A stretch of 63,737 bases of DNA, counting the filler, from Octopus bimaculoides (Eukaryota), in NCBI RefSeq assembly GCF_001194135.2. It is 6 parts of 6 records of this genome, joined end to end, with 100 filler letters (N's around TTAATTAATTAA, not from the genome) between each part and the next. Parts side by side here need not be neighbours in the genome. Positions count along the whole stretch, not along the records: positions 54,631 to 63,737 come from NC_068982.1; 5 more parts are not named here. One strand, 5' to 3'. The stretch's first letter is position 1, and every line of letters starts with the position of its first letter. The notes beneath the pieces were generated by a model. It was not told where the DNA came from, did not search any database, and worked only from the letters and a program-made list of their open reading frames with translations. Positions 63,737-63,737 of this stretch are shown one piece after another. The position numbers and the translations under genes are program-made.

Positions 63737-63737
63737 T

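Overview
AT-rich, gap-riddled eukaryotic DNA with very dense microsatellites. The repeat vocabulary points to an octopod cephalopod (inference, probably an Octopus draft assembly); it is not prokaryotic, and there are no operons, CRISPR arrays, rRNA or intact tRNA genes. All translations and alignments were done by eye and no searches were run. The window is mostly decayed mobile elements: several Penelope-like fragments (RT and GIY-YIG), three RLE-type non-LTR 3' ends plus an R4-like tail, an RTE/BovB-like LINE end, an 869-bp internally deleted mariner with perfect TIRs and TA TSD, a Helitron-like ORF start, MITE-like foldbacks and about 20 tRNA-derived SINE copies. No complete host gene can be reconstructed. 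There are several candidate exons on both strands, an RFX X-box/GC-box promoter-like site near 6.5-6.7 kb, and a degraded block (about 13.0-14.6 kb) that may be a very-large-GTPase (GVIN/VLIG) pseudogene. The most interesting structure is a ~280-bp module present twice in opposite orientations (44893-45180 and 54742-55011): tRNA-like Pol III head, (AAT)n, then a minimal hammerhead ribozyme, i.e. a SINE/retrozyme-like element. Several other minimal hammerhead-like motifs and many long inverted repeats that could form dsRNA also occur. Five N-TTAATTAATTAA-N blocks are artificial joins, so long-range order is uncertain.
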